NCBI GenBank assembly: GCA_965238305.1 | Contig: CBDEHK010000001.1 | Coordinates: 893,717-957,716, forward strand | Direction of reading: 5' to 3' | DNA from: Alphaproteobacteria bacterium | GTDB lineage: Bacteria; Pseudomonadota; Alphaproteobacteria; GCA-2731375 | Length of the DNA stretch: 64,000 nt | In this document: positions 50,284-60,658 of the stretch, piece after piece | Position numbering within the stretch: position 1 is the first letter of the stretch | Layout: each line of letters starts with the position of its first letter | Translations under genes and position numbers: made by a program | The notes under the pieces: model-generated | Told to the model about the DNA's origin: nothing | The model's database searches: none | What the model saw: only the letters and a program-made list of their open reading frames with translations

Positions 50284-51912
50284 ATGAACGACCAAGTTGC
50301 GGAAAATATAGGTATTTATGATTACATTATCATTGGTGCCGGCTCGGCCGGCTGTGTCCTCGCCAATCGGTTAAGTGCCGACCCCGATAAACGCGTTTTA
50401 TTGCTCGAAGCCGGCGGCAAGGACAATTACTTCTGGATTCACGTGCCGGTCGGTTATCTCTATACCATGAATAATCCGCGCACCGACTGGATGATGTCGA
50501 CAGAGGAGGAAACCGGCTTAAATGGCCGCTCCTTGAGTTATCCGCGAGGCAAGGTATTGGGCGGATGTTCGTCCATCAATGGCATGATCTATATGCGCGG
50601 CCAGGCGCGGGATTATGAACAATGGCGTCAATCGGGTAATCCCGGCTGGGGTTGGGATGATATTTTGCCCTATTTCACGAAATCCGAGGACTATCACAAA
50701 GGCGCCAGCGCCGCCCATGGCAGCGGCGGCGAATGGCGGGTTGAAGCACCGCGCATATCCTGGCCTATTTTGGATGCATTCCGTGAAGCCGCCGGTGAAG
50801 TCGGCATCCCGAAAACCGATGATTTTAATCAGGGCAATAATGAAGGAGCGGGGTATTTCGAAGTCAATCAACGCACCGGCGTCAGGTGGAGCACCGCGAA
50901 GGCTTTCCTGAAACCAGTACGCCGCCGCGAAAATTTACGGGTCTTGACCTACGCCCATAGTTCACACCTTTTGTTGGATGGCAAACGTGTCACGGGCGTT
51001 GCCTTTAATTGGAAAGGGCGCCAAGCCAAAGCGTCGGCCGGCGGTGAAGTTATTCTGGCGGCTGGCGCCGTCGCATCGCCGCAATTGCTGGAATTGTCCG
51101 GCATCGGTCGCCCGGCAGTATTGGCAAAACACGGCATCGACGTCATCCACCCGCTGCAAGGCGTCGGTGAAAATCTGCAGGATCATTTGCAAATACGGAC
51201 CGTTTTCAAGGTCCAAAACGCAATCACTCTGAACCAGATCGCCAACAGCAATTGGGGCAAAGCAAAAATGGCGGCGCAGTATTTGTTTTTTAGGCGCGGC
51301 CCCTTGACCATGGCGCCCAGTCAACTGGGTCTGTTTGCGAAAAGTGATCCGGCCAAAGAAACGCCGGACTTGGAATATCATATTCAGCCGCTCAGCACCG
51401 ACAGGCTTGGCGACCCCTTACACCCATATCCTGCAATTACCGCTTCCGTCTGTAACCTACGGCCGGAGAGCCGGGGCCGAATTCACATCGCCAGCGCGGA
51501 TTTTCGCCAACAGCCGTCGATACGGCCGAACTATCTAACCACCGATAACGATCGCTTTATCGCCGCCAAATCGATCCGCTTGACCCGCCAGATCATGCAA
51601 GCGCCGGCGGTGCAAAAATTCCAGCCGGAAGAAATCTTACCGGGACCGGAGGTGCAATCTGACGAAGAGCTCGCCTTGGCAGCCGGCGACATCGCCACGA
51701 CAATCTTCCATCCCGTCGGCACCTGCAAAATGGGCATCGATGATGACGCCGTGGTCGATCCGCGGCTCAAGGTTTATGGTCTTGAAGGTCTACGGGTAGT
51801 CGATGCGTCTGTGATGCCGACCATCACTTCCGGCAACACCAATTCGCCGGTTATTATGATTGCCGAAAAAGCTGCCGACATGATCAAAGCAGACGCCCGC
51901 AGCGCAAATTAG
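50284..51912 (+). CDS. GMC oxidoreductase (choline dehydrogenase-like)
   Basis: GAGSAGCVLANRLS, GGCSSING, GENLQDH, FHPVGTCKMG, SGNTN. Confidence 0.93.
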   Translation: MNDQVAENIGIYDYIIIGAGSAGCVLANRLSADPDKRVLLLEAGGKDNYFWIHVPVGYLYTMNNPRTDWMMSTEEETGLNGRSLSYPRGKVLGGCSSINGMIYMRGQARDYEQWRQSGNPGWGWDDILPYFTKSEDYHKGASAAHGSGGEWRVEAPRISWPILDAFREAAGEVGIPKTDDFNQGNNEGAGYFEVNQRTGVRWSTAKAFLKPVRRRENLRVLTYAHSSHLLLDGKRVTGVAFNWKGRQAKASAGGEVILAAGAVASPQLLELSGIGRPAVLAKHGIDVIHPLQGVGENLQDHLQIRTVFKVQNAITLNQIANSNWGKAKMAAQYLFFRRGPLTMAPSQLGLFAKSDPAKETPDLEYHIQPLSTDRLGDPLHPYPAITASVCNLRPESRGRIHIASADFRQQPSIRPNYLTTDNDRFIAAKSIRLTRQIMQAPAVQKFQPEEILPGPEVQSDEELALAAGDIATTIFHPVGTCKMGIDDDAVVDPRLKVYGLEGLRVVDASVMPTITSGNTNSPVIMIAEKAADMIKADARSAN

Positions 51913-52020
51913 CTGAAAATACGCTTTAAACAGCCATTTCAACATTCGAGCATGTGCTTCTGGAACATCCTTGATTACTTCTGCCGAGTTGCGTATTGCT
52001 CGAAAACTGACGCTTCTCTA

Positions 52021-52049
52021 CTAGCATTCTTCGTCCACTTGTCCTACAT
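52021..52049 (+). promoter_or_regulatory. Possible RpoH promoter of grpE
   Basis: CTAGCA-N16-CCTACAT resembles the alphaproteobacterial CTTGAA-N16-CCTATAT consensus. Confidence 0.4.
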
Positions 52050-52086
52050 GATAGCCAACAGGAATTGAGCGTTGGAAGAGGTAGGA

Positions 52087-52797
52087 ATGTCCGGCGAAAA
52101 ACGAGATGAGGAAGAGATCGATTTGGCCGAAGGGGCGGCGCCAAACGCGGCGGACCAAGGTCATGAAGTTACTTATGACGCTGGGCTGGAAAATACCCCG
52201 GAGCCTATGGGCGAAATCGCCGATGAAGGCGAATTGGGTGATCTCGGTGATCTGGGTGACCCGTCGGAATTGGCGGCTCAACTGGAGAAATCCCAATTGG
52301 AAGCGGCCGATTTTAGGGACAAATTGCTGCGCGCCATGGCCGAGCTGGAGAATGTCCGCAGGCGGGCCGAGCGCGACAAAGTTGATGGGCGGAAATACGC
52401 GGTAGCGGAATTTGCCCGCAATATCTTAACCGTGCCGGACAATTTGCGCCGAGCCTTGGATGCCACGCCGGCGGAGGGCCATGATGCGGGCACGCCGCTA
52501 GCAAAGTTTGTCGAAGGGGTCGAGCTGACGGAACGCGAATTATTGTCGGTTCTTGAACGACATGACATCCAGCAGATCAATCCGGTCGGCGAAAAACTTG
52601 ATCCCAACCTGCACCAGGCGATGGTTCAGGTCGATCATCCAGAGGCGCCGGCGGGCACCATCATCGACGTTCTGCAAGTTGGTTATGTCCTGCATGATCG
52701 GTTGTTGCGTCCGGCAATGGTCGCGGTGGCGAAAGGACCGGATGGCGGCAACGGCGATAGCCTTGACGCCGGCCAGACCATCGATACCACGGCCTGA
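52087..52797 (+). CDS. grpE: Nucleotide exchange factor GrpE
   Basis: LRAMAELENVRRR, DNLRRAL, LDPNLHQAM, QVGYVLHDRLLRPAMVAV. Confidence 0.97.
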   Translation: MSGEKRDEEEIDLAEGAAPNAADQGHEVTYDAGLENTPEPMGEIADEGELGDLGDLGDPSELAAQLEKSQLEAADFRDKLLRAMAELENVRRRAERDKVDGRKYAVAEFARNILTVPDNLRRALDATPAEGHDAGTPLAKFVEGVELTERELLSVLERHDIQQINPVGEKLDPNLHQAMVQVDHPEAPAGTIIDVLQVGYVLHDRLLRPAMVAVAKGPDGGNGDSLDAGQTIDTTA

Positions 52798-53553
52798 AGC
52801 GCTCGCCGTGTTTGCTGAACTTCAGAAAGGCTTCTTTTACTAATCGCGAAATTTGAATATATATAGCTTCAGTTATCGTCGTTTTTGGGACTGAATTATA
52901 TGGCGGCGCAGGTTTCCACAGTCGCATTCCACAGCATTAATCAACCCTCTGATTTTTCTACTATTAACATAAATTCATCATAATTAATACAACTTGTCTG
53001 CATATCTCCTTCAATATTACCCGCTAGTCCTGTTTTTGTATATTTTGCTAGATCTTGATCAAACTCGATTTGATGTTTTACAGACCTGAGTGGGGGCTCC
53101 AACAAAGCGCAGGTACTCGGCGACACCGGTGATTATTCTCGCGACACCGAGCTTGATCTTGATACTGGCCGTGCGGGCCAGCACGTAGTTGCTATAGTAA
53201 TGCATATCACTCCGCATGATTCAGCTATCGCCTCTAACCATCTCGGCAGAGTTATTGGATTTCCACCACTATTTGCAGTAACTGATACTCGGACTGCTTT
53301 TCGCGACTGGCGGTCCAGAAGCTATTGATGGTGTCGGAAATACCTGTAAGCGTGCCTAACATGACGAAAGTTATTTCATACTGGGTCTCATTGACGAGGA
53401 ACCGGATCGGGAAATGAGAGGCAAAGATGACGGCTTATAACTATTTACCTGATATAAAACTTGTATTGCGATCGGTCGCGCGTCCCGGCCGTAAATTGTC
53501 CAATCGGCCAGTCTGAAGAGGGAAGTCAGGAGGCTTGCCTAGTCGAGAGCCAT

Positions 53554-54009
53554 TCAAGTTGGCCTATCATTGTCGACATACTCGATTTCGAGTTCGCCGG
53601 CCTGTGCCTCGTCGATGACCATTGGGTATAGCTTTTGATAGGCGAGCCGGCTAGACGTCACGCGTAGTTCGCCGTCATCGACCGAAGCGTTCAACCCAAC
53701 CAGCAGGCACCCGGCGGTATCCTCGTCGGAATTACCAATGTGAATAAGGATAAATTCGAATTCAGGAACATTAAGAACTTGCAGCATCCCGCGATGCATT
53801 GCGGGAAATTTTTGGCTGTAGCGCCCATGGAAACCACCTTCTTGGCGTACACCTATTTTATAACGGCCGCTGGGAATGCGCGTTTCTTTGGCAACCTTAT
53901 TGTCCCGGTATTCATCTTCCAGGCCGAAACAGACGAACTGCCCGTCGACATTCACCTTGCTTATCGTTGCGTCCGCGTCGCTCTGAAACCGGTCGACTGT
54001 GATCATCAT
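53554..54009 (-). CDS. DUF5675-like protein
   Basis: FVCFGLED, TRIPSGRY, VPEFEFILIHIGN...DTAGCLLVG (recognised from memory). Confidence 0.72.
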   Translation of the reverse strand: MMITVDRFQSDADATISKVNVDGQFVCFGLEDEYRDNKVAKETRIPSGRYKIGVRQEGGFHGRYSQKFPAMHRGMLQVLNVPEFEFILIHIGNSDEDTAGCLLVGLNASVDDGELRVTSSRLAYQKLYPMVIDEAQAGELEIEYVDNDRPT

Positions 54010-54213
54010 AACGTCATCCCTCCTCTAAACGATTTGCAATACTTCGCGCCATTCGCTGGATCAGAGTGTCGGCACTGGACCGGCAAGAATTGTCTGCTCA
54101 TGCAGTTTAATCATCGCATACCCGTCTGATTGTAAGCGCTTGGCCAATGACTGTTTGCTGTTGCTCTCTTGTGATTATTTCAATTGGATCAATGTTAGAA
54201 TGAGAATTTTCGA

Positions 54214-55229
54214 CTAAATGATAAGCGTTTCGTCTTTTGCGGGTGCTAGTCGCTTTGATTTCGCGGTAATCTCCTCGTTGTTTGGTCCGAGAAGGCGCAG
54301 GATATATGGATCTGGAGGTAAGCTTATAGGAACGGTTTGGCCAGGTTTTACGTCGCTAAATCTTTTGACCTCCTTGCCACTCCGCTCCTCAACAATGAGA
54401 GTCAGAGGTGATTTTTTTTGACCAGCTGAAATAGTTACGTCCAGCAAAACGGCTTCTGTTTTGAGCTTTTCTTGTTCTTCCTTCTTGAGCAATTCTTTTG
54501 CCGCTTCTGTCTCCCGCTTGAACGCATCCTCGGCAACCTTTTTCGCCTCTTCCGTCGTTGTTTCGATCTTCTGTCGTAAGATCGTCATGGCTGACTCTTG
54601 ATTTTGGCTCCAGCTTTCGGTCTCCGCTTGTATTTCCTTTTCCACGGCTTGGAAACTTTCGGTGGCCATGATTCTCGCGTTGTTGAACATATCTACATAA
54701 TTCTCGCGTTGTTGAACACATCTAGGGTTATTTGGTCTTCTTGCTTTGTGCCGTATTTACTAAGAAACGCGATCTCGAAAGCTGTCCGCATGATGCGAAT
54801 TTTATATTCAGTTACGCGCCATCGAGCATATCGCGCAGTTATTTGGAAAACCAAATCCAATAGCAGAATGCCGCCGGCTATTATAGCAATCATAACTGCA
54901 AAAGCCGTTAATTCGTTAAAATTGAGGCCAAAGAACGACAGTAGGGTATCATATGGGGTGCCAGACCCCGGGGCAGAGCTAAACGCGCGAGCGTTTATGA
55001 AGACGAGGCTAATTGTTACGAGGATGACGGCGAGCAGCCGCACGGTGCCGGACCACCAGCGCCTTCTGCTCGCATGTGTGTCGTACCAAGTGATTTCCGC
55101 GTCGTAGCGCACAAGCAATTTTGTATAAACGTGGTTGAGACTATCTTTCTTTTTTGTTTTGCAGAATTGAAGGTTATCGAATTCCGTCTCTGCGTCTGCG
55201 CGTTTGTGCTTGTACGTTCTGGTCAACAT
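54214..55229 (-). pseudogene. SLATT-like 2-TM protein split by a 29-bp duplication (ORFs 54693..55229 and 54214..54690)
   Basis: EITWY...RRWWS...TM...TM...WR pattern; FNNARIM ends ORF1 and begins ORF2. Confidence 0.55.
54667..54724. repeat. 29-bp tandem duplication (27/29 identical)
   Basis: CATGATTCTCGCGTTGTTGAACATATCTA / CATAATTCTCGCGTTGTTGAACACATCTA. Confidence 0.95.
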
Positions 55230-55825
55230 TGTAAATCCCTTTTTGCCGCTAAAATGTCGAGTCAGGCGTGAGCTTTTTTACATTACCGGATTGATTCACA
55301 ACGATGAGCTGGTATCGTTTCAACTCGCCAAGCAGTTGTTTTTTCGAATCTTTGTGTAATTTTCGATGCAATACGCCCTTGCGATAACCCCGGCATAAGC
55401 GTCAGCTACCCGTTTGCCGAGCTGTAAAAGCGATTTTTCTGAGTTCTTTATTGCTTCGGCAAAATCGCTGATGGGTTTTTTTGTAATCGCTGATTGAACA
55501 TAAAAGTACTACGAGAGACGTGACTAGCAGACGCCTTAACTTTTGGTTCATTGTTTTTCTCTCAGTACGAGCTGAGATAGCATAGAAGCGTAGATTAATC
55601 AACAGATTCTATTCGATTTAGTTGAAAATTTGAACTATCTTTAATGATTAATCTGGTTTGTTGGCGTGTCTAATACATATTCTACATGTGTTGGTCGCGG
55701 TGTAACCGGACTACAGGTCGATCATTGCCCACGCCAAAAAAACGCTCGAACAACAATGGAGCGTTCCGATCATTACGGAAACACACTGTCAGTAGCATAA
55801 AGAGATACGCAAATCCTCGATTGAC

Positions 55826-56103
55826 GCTTACGGAACGCGAATTATTATTGGTTCTCGAACGACATGACATCCAGCAGATCAATCCGGTCGGCGAAAAACT
55901 TGATCCCAATCTGCACCAAGCGATGGTGCAGGTCGATCATCCAGAGGCGCCGGCGGGCACCATCATCGATGTTCTTCAAGTTGGTTATGTTCTGCATGAC
56001 CGGTTGTTGCGTCCGGCGATGGTCGCCGTGGCAAAAGGGCCCGAGGGCGGCAATGGCGATAGCCTTGACGCCGGCCAGACCATCGATACCACGGCCTGAA
56101 GCG
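55826..56103 (+). repeat. 278-bp direct repeat of the grpE 3' end (copy of 52524..52801); partial grpE
   Basis: Ungapped at offset 3302, about 18 mismatches by eye. Confidence 0.95.
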
Positions 56104-56136
56104 GGCACGGTTTGATTTTGTGGTCGGAACCTAGGC
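56104..56136 (+). repeat. 33-bp direct repeat of the dioxygenase 3' end (59117..59149)
   Basis: GGCACGGTTTGATTTTGTGGTC(GG/AA)AACCTAGGC, 31/33. Confidence 0.9.
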
Positions 56137-56251
56137 AGTACCCAGTTTGTTATAACTATGTGGACTTCAATAGTATCAGGAGATTCTGAGAGGCGGGGTG
56201 CTGCTGTTGTTGCTTTCAACGCTCGCAGGGTCAAAACATCGCGGCAATCGG

Positions 56252-57421
56252 CTATCCAAACAACTTGTGACCAGCGATAGTGGCTCCTTCGGCGAGGGCA
56301 CGAAGTTTAGCCCAAGCGATTTCCTCGACGACAAATGATACCCCTGTTGATGTTTCGAAGCCGCAGTCGGTGCCCGCCATAATCCGACTTGGATCGCCGA
56401 CGGCACCTGCCGCCAACATCAGTCGGTCCGCAACCGCCAATGGATGTTCCACATAATTTGTTGTGGTGTCGATGGCGCCGACAATCAACGACATGTCATC
56501 GGGCAATTTTTGTGTCTCAAAGCAATGATACTCATGGGCGTGTCGCGGGTTGGCCATCGACAACATCAAGGCACCGGCCCGCGTTTTAATCAATTCCGCA
56601 TAAATATCGCTAAGCGCGACGTCGTGATCATGGGGTCCTTCGTAATTTCCCCAACAGACATGAAGGCGCACACGATCTCGCGGCACGTCCCGCAAGGCAT
56701 CGTTTATGGCGGTAATCACCATGGCGATAAACTCAATGAAATCGCTGAGTGGTTTGTCAGCGAAAGAGGTATGGCGCTCCAGCGCCAAATCAGGCGCATC
56801 GATTTGCAGCATAAAACCGGCGCGATGAATTGCATCATACTCCGTCTTGAGCGCCGCTGCCAAAGCCGACACATAAGATTGTTGATCGGGGTAATAGTCG
56901 TTGTTCATCGCCGCCGCAATAATGCCGGGTGAAGGCGCCGACATGAAGCCGTCGGTAAAACTGGCGCCGGCTGCGATCTGAAGATCATAGTAGTGACGGA
57001 ATTGCTGACACTCCGCTTCGATAACCTTCGGCCTGGTGTAGCGAATTTCAGCCAGCGCCCGTGGTGCGGCGAGCAAATTTACCGCTTTTTCGTCTCTTGA
57101 TGTTTTGACCATTCGCTCGCGATAGCCGGGATAGGCGACGGTGTCGCGCATGACAGCCCGCTCGCTGACGCCGCCAAAGCCGCTCATTCGATGCTGAATA
57201 TAAGTAAAGAAACTTTCTCGACCCTGTTCGCCGTTATTGACGATGTCGATGCCCGTGACGCGTTGTTTCTGAAGAGCGTCGGCAGTTGCCTGCGCCACGG
57301 CTTCATCCAGTTCGTGGACAGATACGTCTTCACCAACAAACGCTGAAGTTAGCAACGCCTTCACTTTCGCCGGACGTGGCAGACTGCCTGCATGGGTGCA
57401 CAAAATTCGATTGTCGGGCAT
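56252..57421 (-). CDS. Cobalamin-independent methionine synthase II family protein
   Basis: THAGSLPRP, LQIDAPDL, RLHVCWGNYEGPH, AGTDCGF. Confidence 0.9.
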   Translation of the reverse strand: MPDNRILCTHAGSLPRPAKVKALLTSAFVGEDVSVHELDEAVAQATADALQKQRVTGIDIVNNGEQGRESFFTYIQHRMSGFGGVSERAVMRDTVAYPGYRERMVKTSRDEKAVNLLAAPRALAEIRYTRPKVIEAECQQFRHYYDLQIAAGASFTDGFMSAPSPGIIAAAMNNDYYPDQQSYVSALAAALKTEYDAIHRAGFMLQIDAPDLALERHTSFADKPLSDFIEFIAMVITAINDALRDVPRDRVRLHVCWGNYEGPHDHDVALSDIYAELIKTRAGALMLSMANPRHAHEYHCFETQKLPDDMSLIVGAIDTTTNYVEHPLAVADRLMLAAGAVGDPSRIMAGTDCGFETSTGVSFVVEEIAWAKLRALAEGATIAGHKLFG

Positions 57422-57756
57422 CGGTCTCCCTACCTCATGAGGAACTCTCGGCTTGGCCAATTATCAAATCAACTTCGATAGGCATTGTCGAGGAATGAAA
57501 TCAAATGAAGTCGGGTGCAAAAGTGGCAATCCAATATCCAGCGTCGAACTTGCGAGACGACTTCACGGTTGAATCTCTTTCAGTTCAACTAAATTTCCCG
57601 TAACATCCAATTTGCTTCGAGGGTTGAATTTATTTGGTTCGACGACGCCAGCAAAAATAATAGACAAACAGCCTTTAATTCCGAAGCACCAGTTTGAGTA
57701 CTGATATTGATCATGCGTTCGTTCGTGCAGGCGTCAACCAGCATGGGGATTTGACT

Positions 57757-58434
57757 ATGAAACTTCACGTCATCAAGCCAAGTGTAAACAATATGACCGC
57801 GCGCATTTTTGTCCGCGCCGCCGGGATCGAAATTGAGGAAGTGGATGCTTATGAGCAAACGCGAACAGATGCGTTTCTGCAGCTTTGCCCGGCCCACCTC
57901 ACACCTCTCATGGAGGCTTCCAGCCTGGTCAACGGCGCACTATGGGAAAGTTGCGCCATCATGCAGTTTCTTTGCAACAAGCATGGCCTGGCCCAGTTCT
58001 ATGCTGAAAACCCGGAAGAACGGGCAAAACAAGACAGTGCGATGTTTTATATGTCCGGCAGCCTCTATCCGTTGGTCGCACGTGCTGCCTATCCACGGCT
58101 CGGTTTTCCTCTTTATCCGGGGGAAGTCGGTGCTAGCGACGCCGATGATGGGACTAAAGAGGTCGCTCGCCAGGCCGCCGAAGATGGACTTGCGGAAATA
58201 ATCGAAGTTATTCATGGCTTTTTCCTGAACGGAAATACATTCATCGGCGGCGAGAAGCCATCCATTGCCGATATGCGATTTGCCGCAACCGTAGAATTTC
58301 TTCGCATTACCGATTTTACGTTCCCCGATTGGCTCGAAAGCTATATGTCGCGGATAGCGTCGGTGCTTGGTGACGCTTATGACGAACCGGCCGCCGATGT
58401 ACGGGGCTATATCGAATATGTTCGCTCGCAATAA
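57757..58434 (+). CDS. Glutathione S-transferase family protein
   Basis: CPAHLTP, LWESCAIMQFL, FIGGEKPSIAD. Confidence 0.85.
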   Translation: MKLHVIKPSVNNMTARIFVRAAGIEIEEVDAYEQTRTDAFLQLCPAHLTPLMEASSLVNGALWESCAIMQFLCNKHGLAQFYAENPEERAKQDSAMFYMSGSLYPLVARAAYPRLGFPLYPGEVGASDADDGTKEVARQAAEDGLAEIIEVIHGFFLNGNTFIGGEKPSIADMRFAATVEFLRITDFTFPDWLESYMSRIASVLGDAYDEPAADVRGYIEYVRSQ

Positions 58435-58541
58435 GTCGATTGGCATCGTCCAGCGGGAAAATGATTAGCTAAGGGGCTGCGTCACACGTCTTCGTGAGAG
58501 CCCCTTTCATTCGATAGGGTTTGGCTGCATGCTCTTGAAGA

Positions 58542-59147
58542 ATGGAGGATGAATTGGCCGACAACAAAGTGACCCGGCGCCAGTTGTTGAAATCCGGCAT
58601 GGCACTCACGTTGACAACTTCTGCTAGTGCTGCATTCGCCGAAACAAAAAAAATGCCACTGACGCCCTCCTGTGGTGGGGATCCGGAACTTACGCAGGCG
58701 CAAACGCCGGGCCCGTATTTTACCCCTGATACACCGGCGAAGAATGATTTTCGCGGTGATGGCGTGGGCGGTAAAGAAATGTCGCTCCGCGGACTTGTTT
58801 TAGATCAGCAATGCCATCCTGTCGCCAGCGCACATGTCGAACTTTGGCATGCGGGTCCCGATGGCCGATACGATAATCAAGGCTTTCGCTTTCGCGGGCA
58901 CCTATTCACCGATCAAAACGGACGGTATGATTTCATCACTCTTATGCCTGGCCTCTATCCCGGTCGCACGCGGCATTTCCACGTTAAAATCCGTCCCCTC
59001 AACGGCCCCTGGCTGACTTCACAGCTCTATTTTCCAGATGAAAAAAGCAATCGCTCTGACTTTATTTTTGACAAGCGCCTTATCATGACAATGCAATCCG
59101 GCGCAGCTGGGTTGCAGGCACGGTTTGATTTTGTGGTCAAAACCTAG
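58542..59147 (+). CDS. Tat-exported intradiol ring-cleavage dioxygenase-like protein
   Basis: TRRQLL Tat motif, GPYF, VELWHA..GRYD, PGLYPGRTRHFHVK, SQLYF. Confidence 0.88.
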   Translation: MEDELADNKVTRRQLLKSGMALTLTTSASAAFAETKKMPLTPSCGGDPELTQAQTPGPYFTPDTPAKNDFRGDGVGGKEMSLRGLVLDQQCHPVASAHVELWHAGPDGRYDNQGFRFRGHLFTDQNGRYDFITLMPGLYPGRTRHFHVKIRPLNGPWLTSQLYFPDEKSNRSDFIFDKRLIMTMQSGAAGLQARFDFVVKT

Positions 59148-59184
59148 GCGTTAAACCGAAACTCAGTCGCAAGGGACCTAACCG

Positions 59185-59703
59185 GTGAAATTGACATTCC
59201 GATTTATGGGGGCCGCTATTGCGCTCGTGGCAATAACCTTTTCCACTGACGCCAGCGTTGCCGAGGGGCCGCAAGTAAACGCCGGTAATGTGGGGTGGAT
59301 TGCACCGCCGAAAAATTATGCTGGTGCGGCGTTTGCCAAGGCGTTTAGATACAAAACACTTGTCGGCGGTCAAAATTCTCCTGTTCAAGGTAAAAATGTA
59401 TTTTTCGGTGAGGCGGAATTCGCGCCCGGTGCGATATATGTTGGGCACAACCACCCTGCACCGGAAATCTATTACGTTGTCAGTGGCGAAGCGGAATGGA
59501 CTGTCGATGGCAAAACCTTCAAAGCGACCCCAGGGACGGTAATTTACGCCAAGCCCTATGCCGTCCATCGCATGGTAAATGTAGGTGAAGGCATCCTGAA
59601 AACGGTATGGATGTGGTGGGGTGAACCGGAAGTGACCGGTCACTTTCCAAAAGTGGTGGAACCGATCGTGAACCAACCAGCCGGCGCAATATTTACCGAT
59701 TAG
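59185..59703 (+). CDS. Secreted cupin (DMSP-lyase-like cupin motif)
   Basis: Signal peptide; YVGHNHPAPEIYYVVSGEAEW...PYAVH. Confidence 0.75.
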   Translation: MKLTFRFMGAAIALVAITFSTDASVAEGPQVNAGNVGWIAPPKNYAGAAFAKAFRYKTLVGGQNSPVQGKNVFFGEAEFAPGAIYVGHNHPAPEIYYVVSGEAEWTVDGKTFKATPGTVIYAKPYAVHRMVNVGEGILKTVWMWWGEPEVTGHFPKVVEPIVNQPAGAIFTD

Positions 59704-59766
59704 GTCACTGCCGTAGGGTCATTGAGGTGTGGATAAAATGCCCGCCAAGCGCCGTTCTATCCGGTT

Positions 59767-59881
59767 CGAAGTCTACGCCGGATCACGAAAAGAAGTTTCT
59801 GTTACAAAGACAACGGTCAGCTGTGCCTCCTGCTTCGGACCAATGCGATCTAGGCCATGTTGTCCGTGAAGTGCCAAAAGC
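59767..59881 (+). repeat. ~115-bp intergenic repeat element, copy A
   Basis: Aligns to 62216..62330 at offset 2449: GAAGTTYCTGTTACAAAGACAA...TTCGGAC...AATGCGATYTAGGCCA...GTCCG...TGCCAAAAGC. Confidence 0.85.
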
Positions 59882-60022
59882 GACATAGGACTGCTTAACC
59901 AAGTTGATCTCTTGATAACCATGCGGTTGGTTTTTTCCAGGAACGGCAAACCGCAACCGATGGCTCTTTTGTGAAGCAGAAAAGACCCACCGGTGGCGTT
60001 ATCACCTGCTGCCGCGAAAACA

Positions 60023-60454
60023 CTAAGCCCAGCCTAGGGCCTTCAATGAGTATCCGTCGTTCCAAATTTTGGTCATATGGCGGATTTTTCCGTCGTCGAA
60101 ACTCATCACATAGACATAATCCGCGGCCACAGTATTGCCGGTTGCCGGCACCGGTCCGCCGTCAGCCGTATGAGTGCCATGAAATATTGCCGCCGCGACG
60201 ACCGTATTGCGCTCTTCATCACTTGCAAAAGCCGTTAATTCGTAATGCCCGTTAGCAATCGGGCCAAGCAGACCTTGCATCCAATCCGCATATCCCGACA
60301 CCGTGGTCACATCGGCTAGCGCATCAGATTGACATGAAAATGTCGCCCCATCGTGACAATATTTCGCGCAACCGTCCGACCCCTTACCGGTCTCACAGGC
60401 TTCGAAGAAATCGCGGGCGCTATTGGAAATAGTCATCGTGTTTTGCTCCTTCAT
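60023..60454 (-). CDS. SnoaL-like / ester cyclase (NTF2 fold)
   Basis: FFEACETGKG, FHGTHT, DYVYVMSFDDGKIRHMTKIWND. Confidence 0.85.
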   Translation of the reverse strand: MKEQNTMTISNSARDFFEACETGKGSDGCAKYCHDGATFSCQSDALADVTTVSGYADWMQGLLGPIANGHYELTAFASDEERNTVVAAAIFHGTHTADGGPVPATGNTVAADYVYVMSFDDGKIRHMTKIWNDGYSLKALGWA

Positions 60455-60658
60455 AATCGTGAAATTTGTTTGGACTCATAAATACCTAGGCTAATCGCAA
60501 CGGTTTTCAGCGAGTATCCAGCAGATGATGTATTTTGATACAGCATATGACTTAATTGCCGAATGCATCCATGGTATGTTTTTCTGGCAGCCTGAAATAC
60601 TTGGTAACCGGAAGCGCTCGCCTCCGTTGCCCTGGGGAAAACAGTCGAGACGACGTTT

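Noticed and set aside
52920-53500. AT-rich short ORF fragments (also 55240-55800 and 63540-63900)
   Set aside because: Multiple stops and no recognisable family; probably decayed gene relics
55686-56099. 137-aa ORF as a second functional grpE
   Set aside because: Only the last ~90 codons are grpE; the N-terminal part is unrelated sequence, so it is recorded as a repeat
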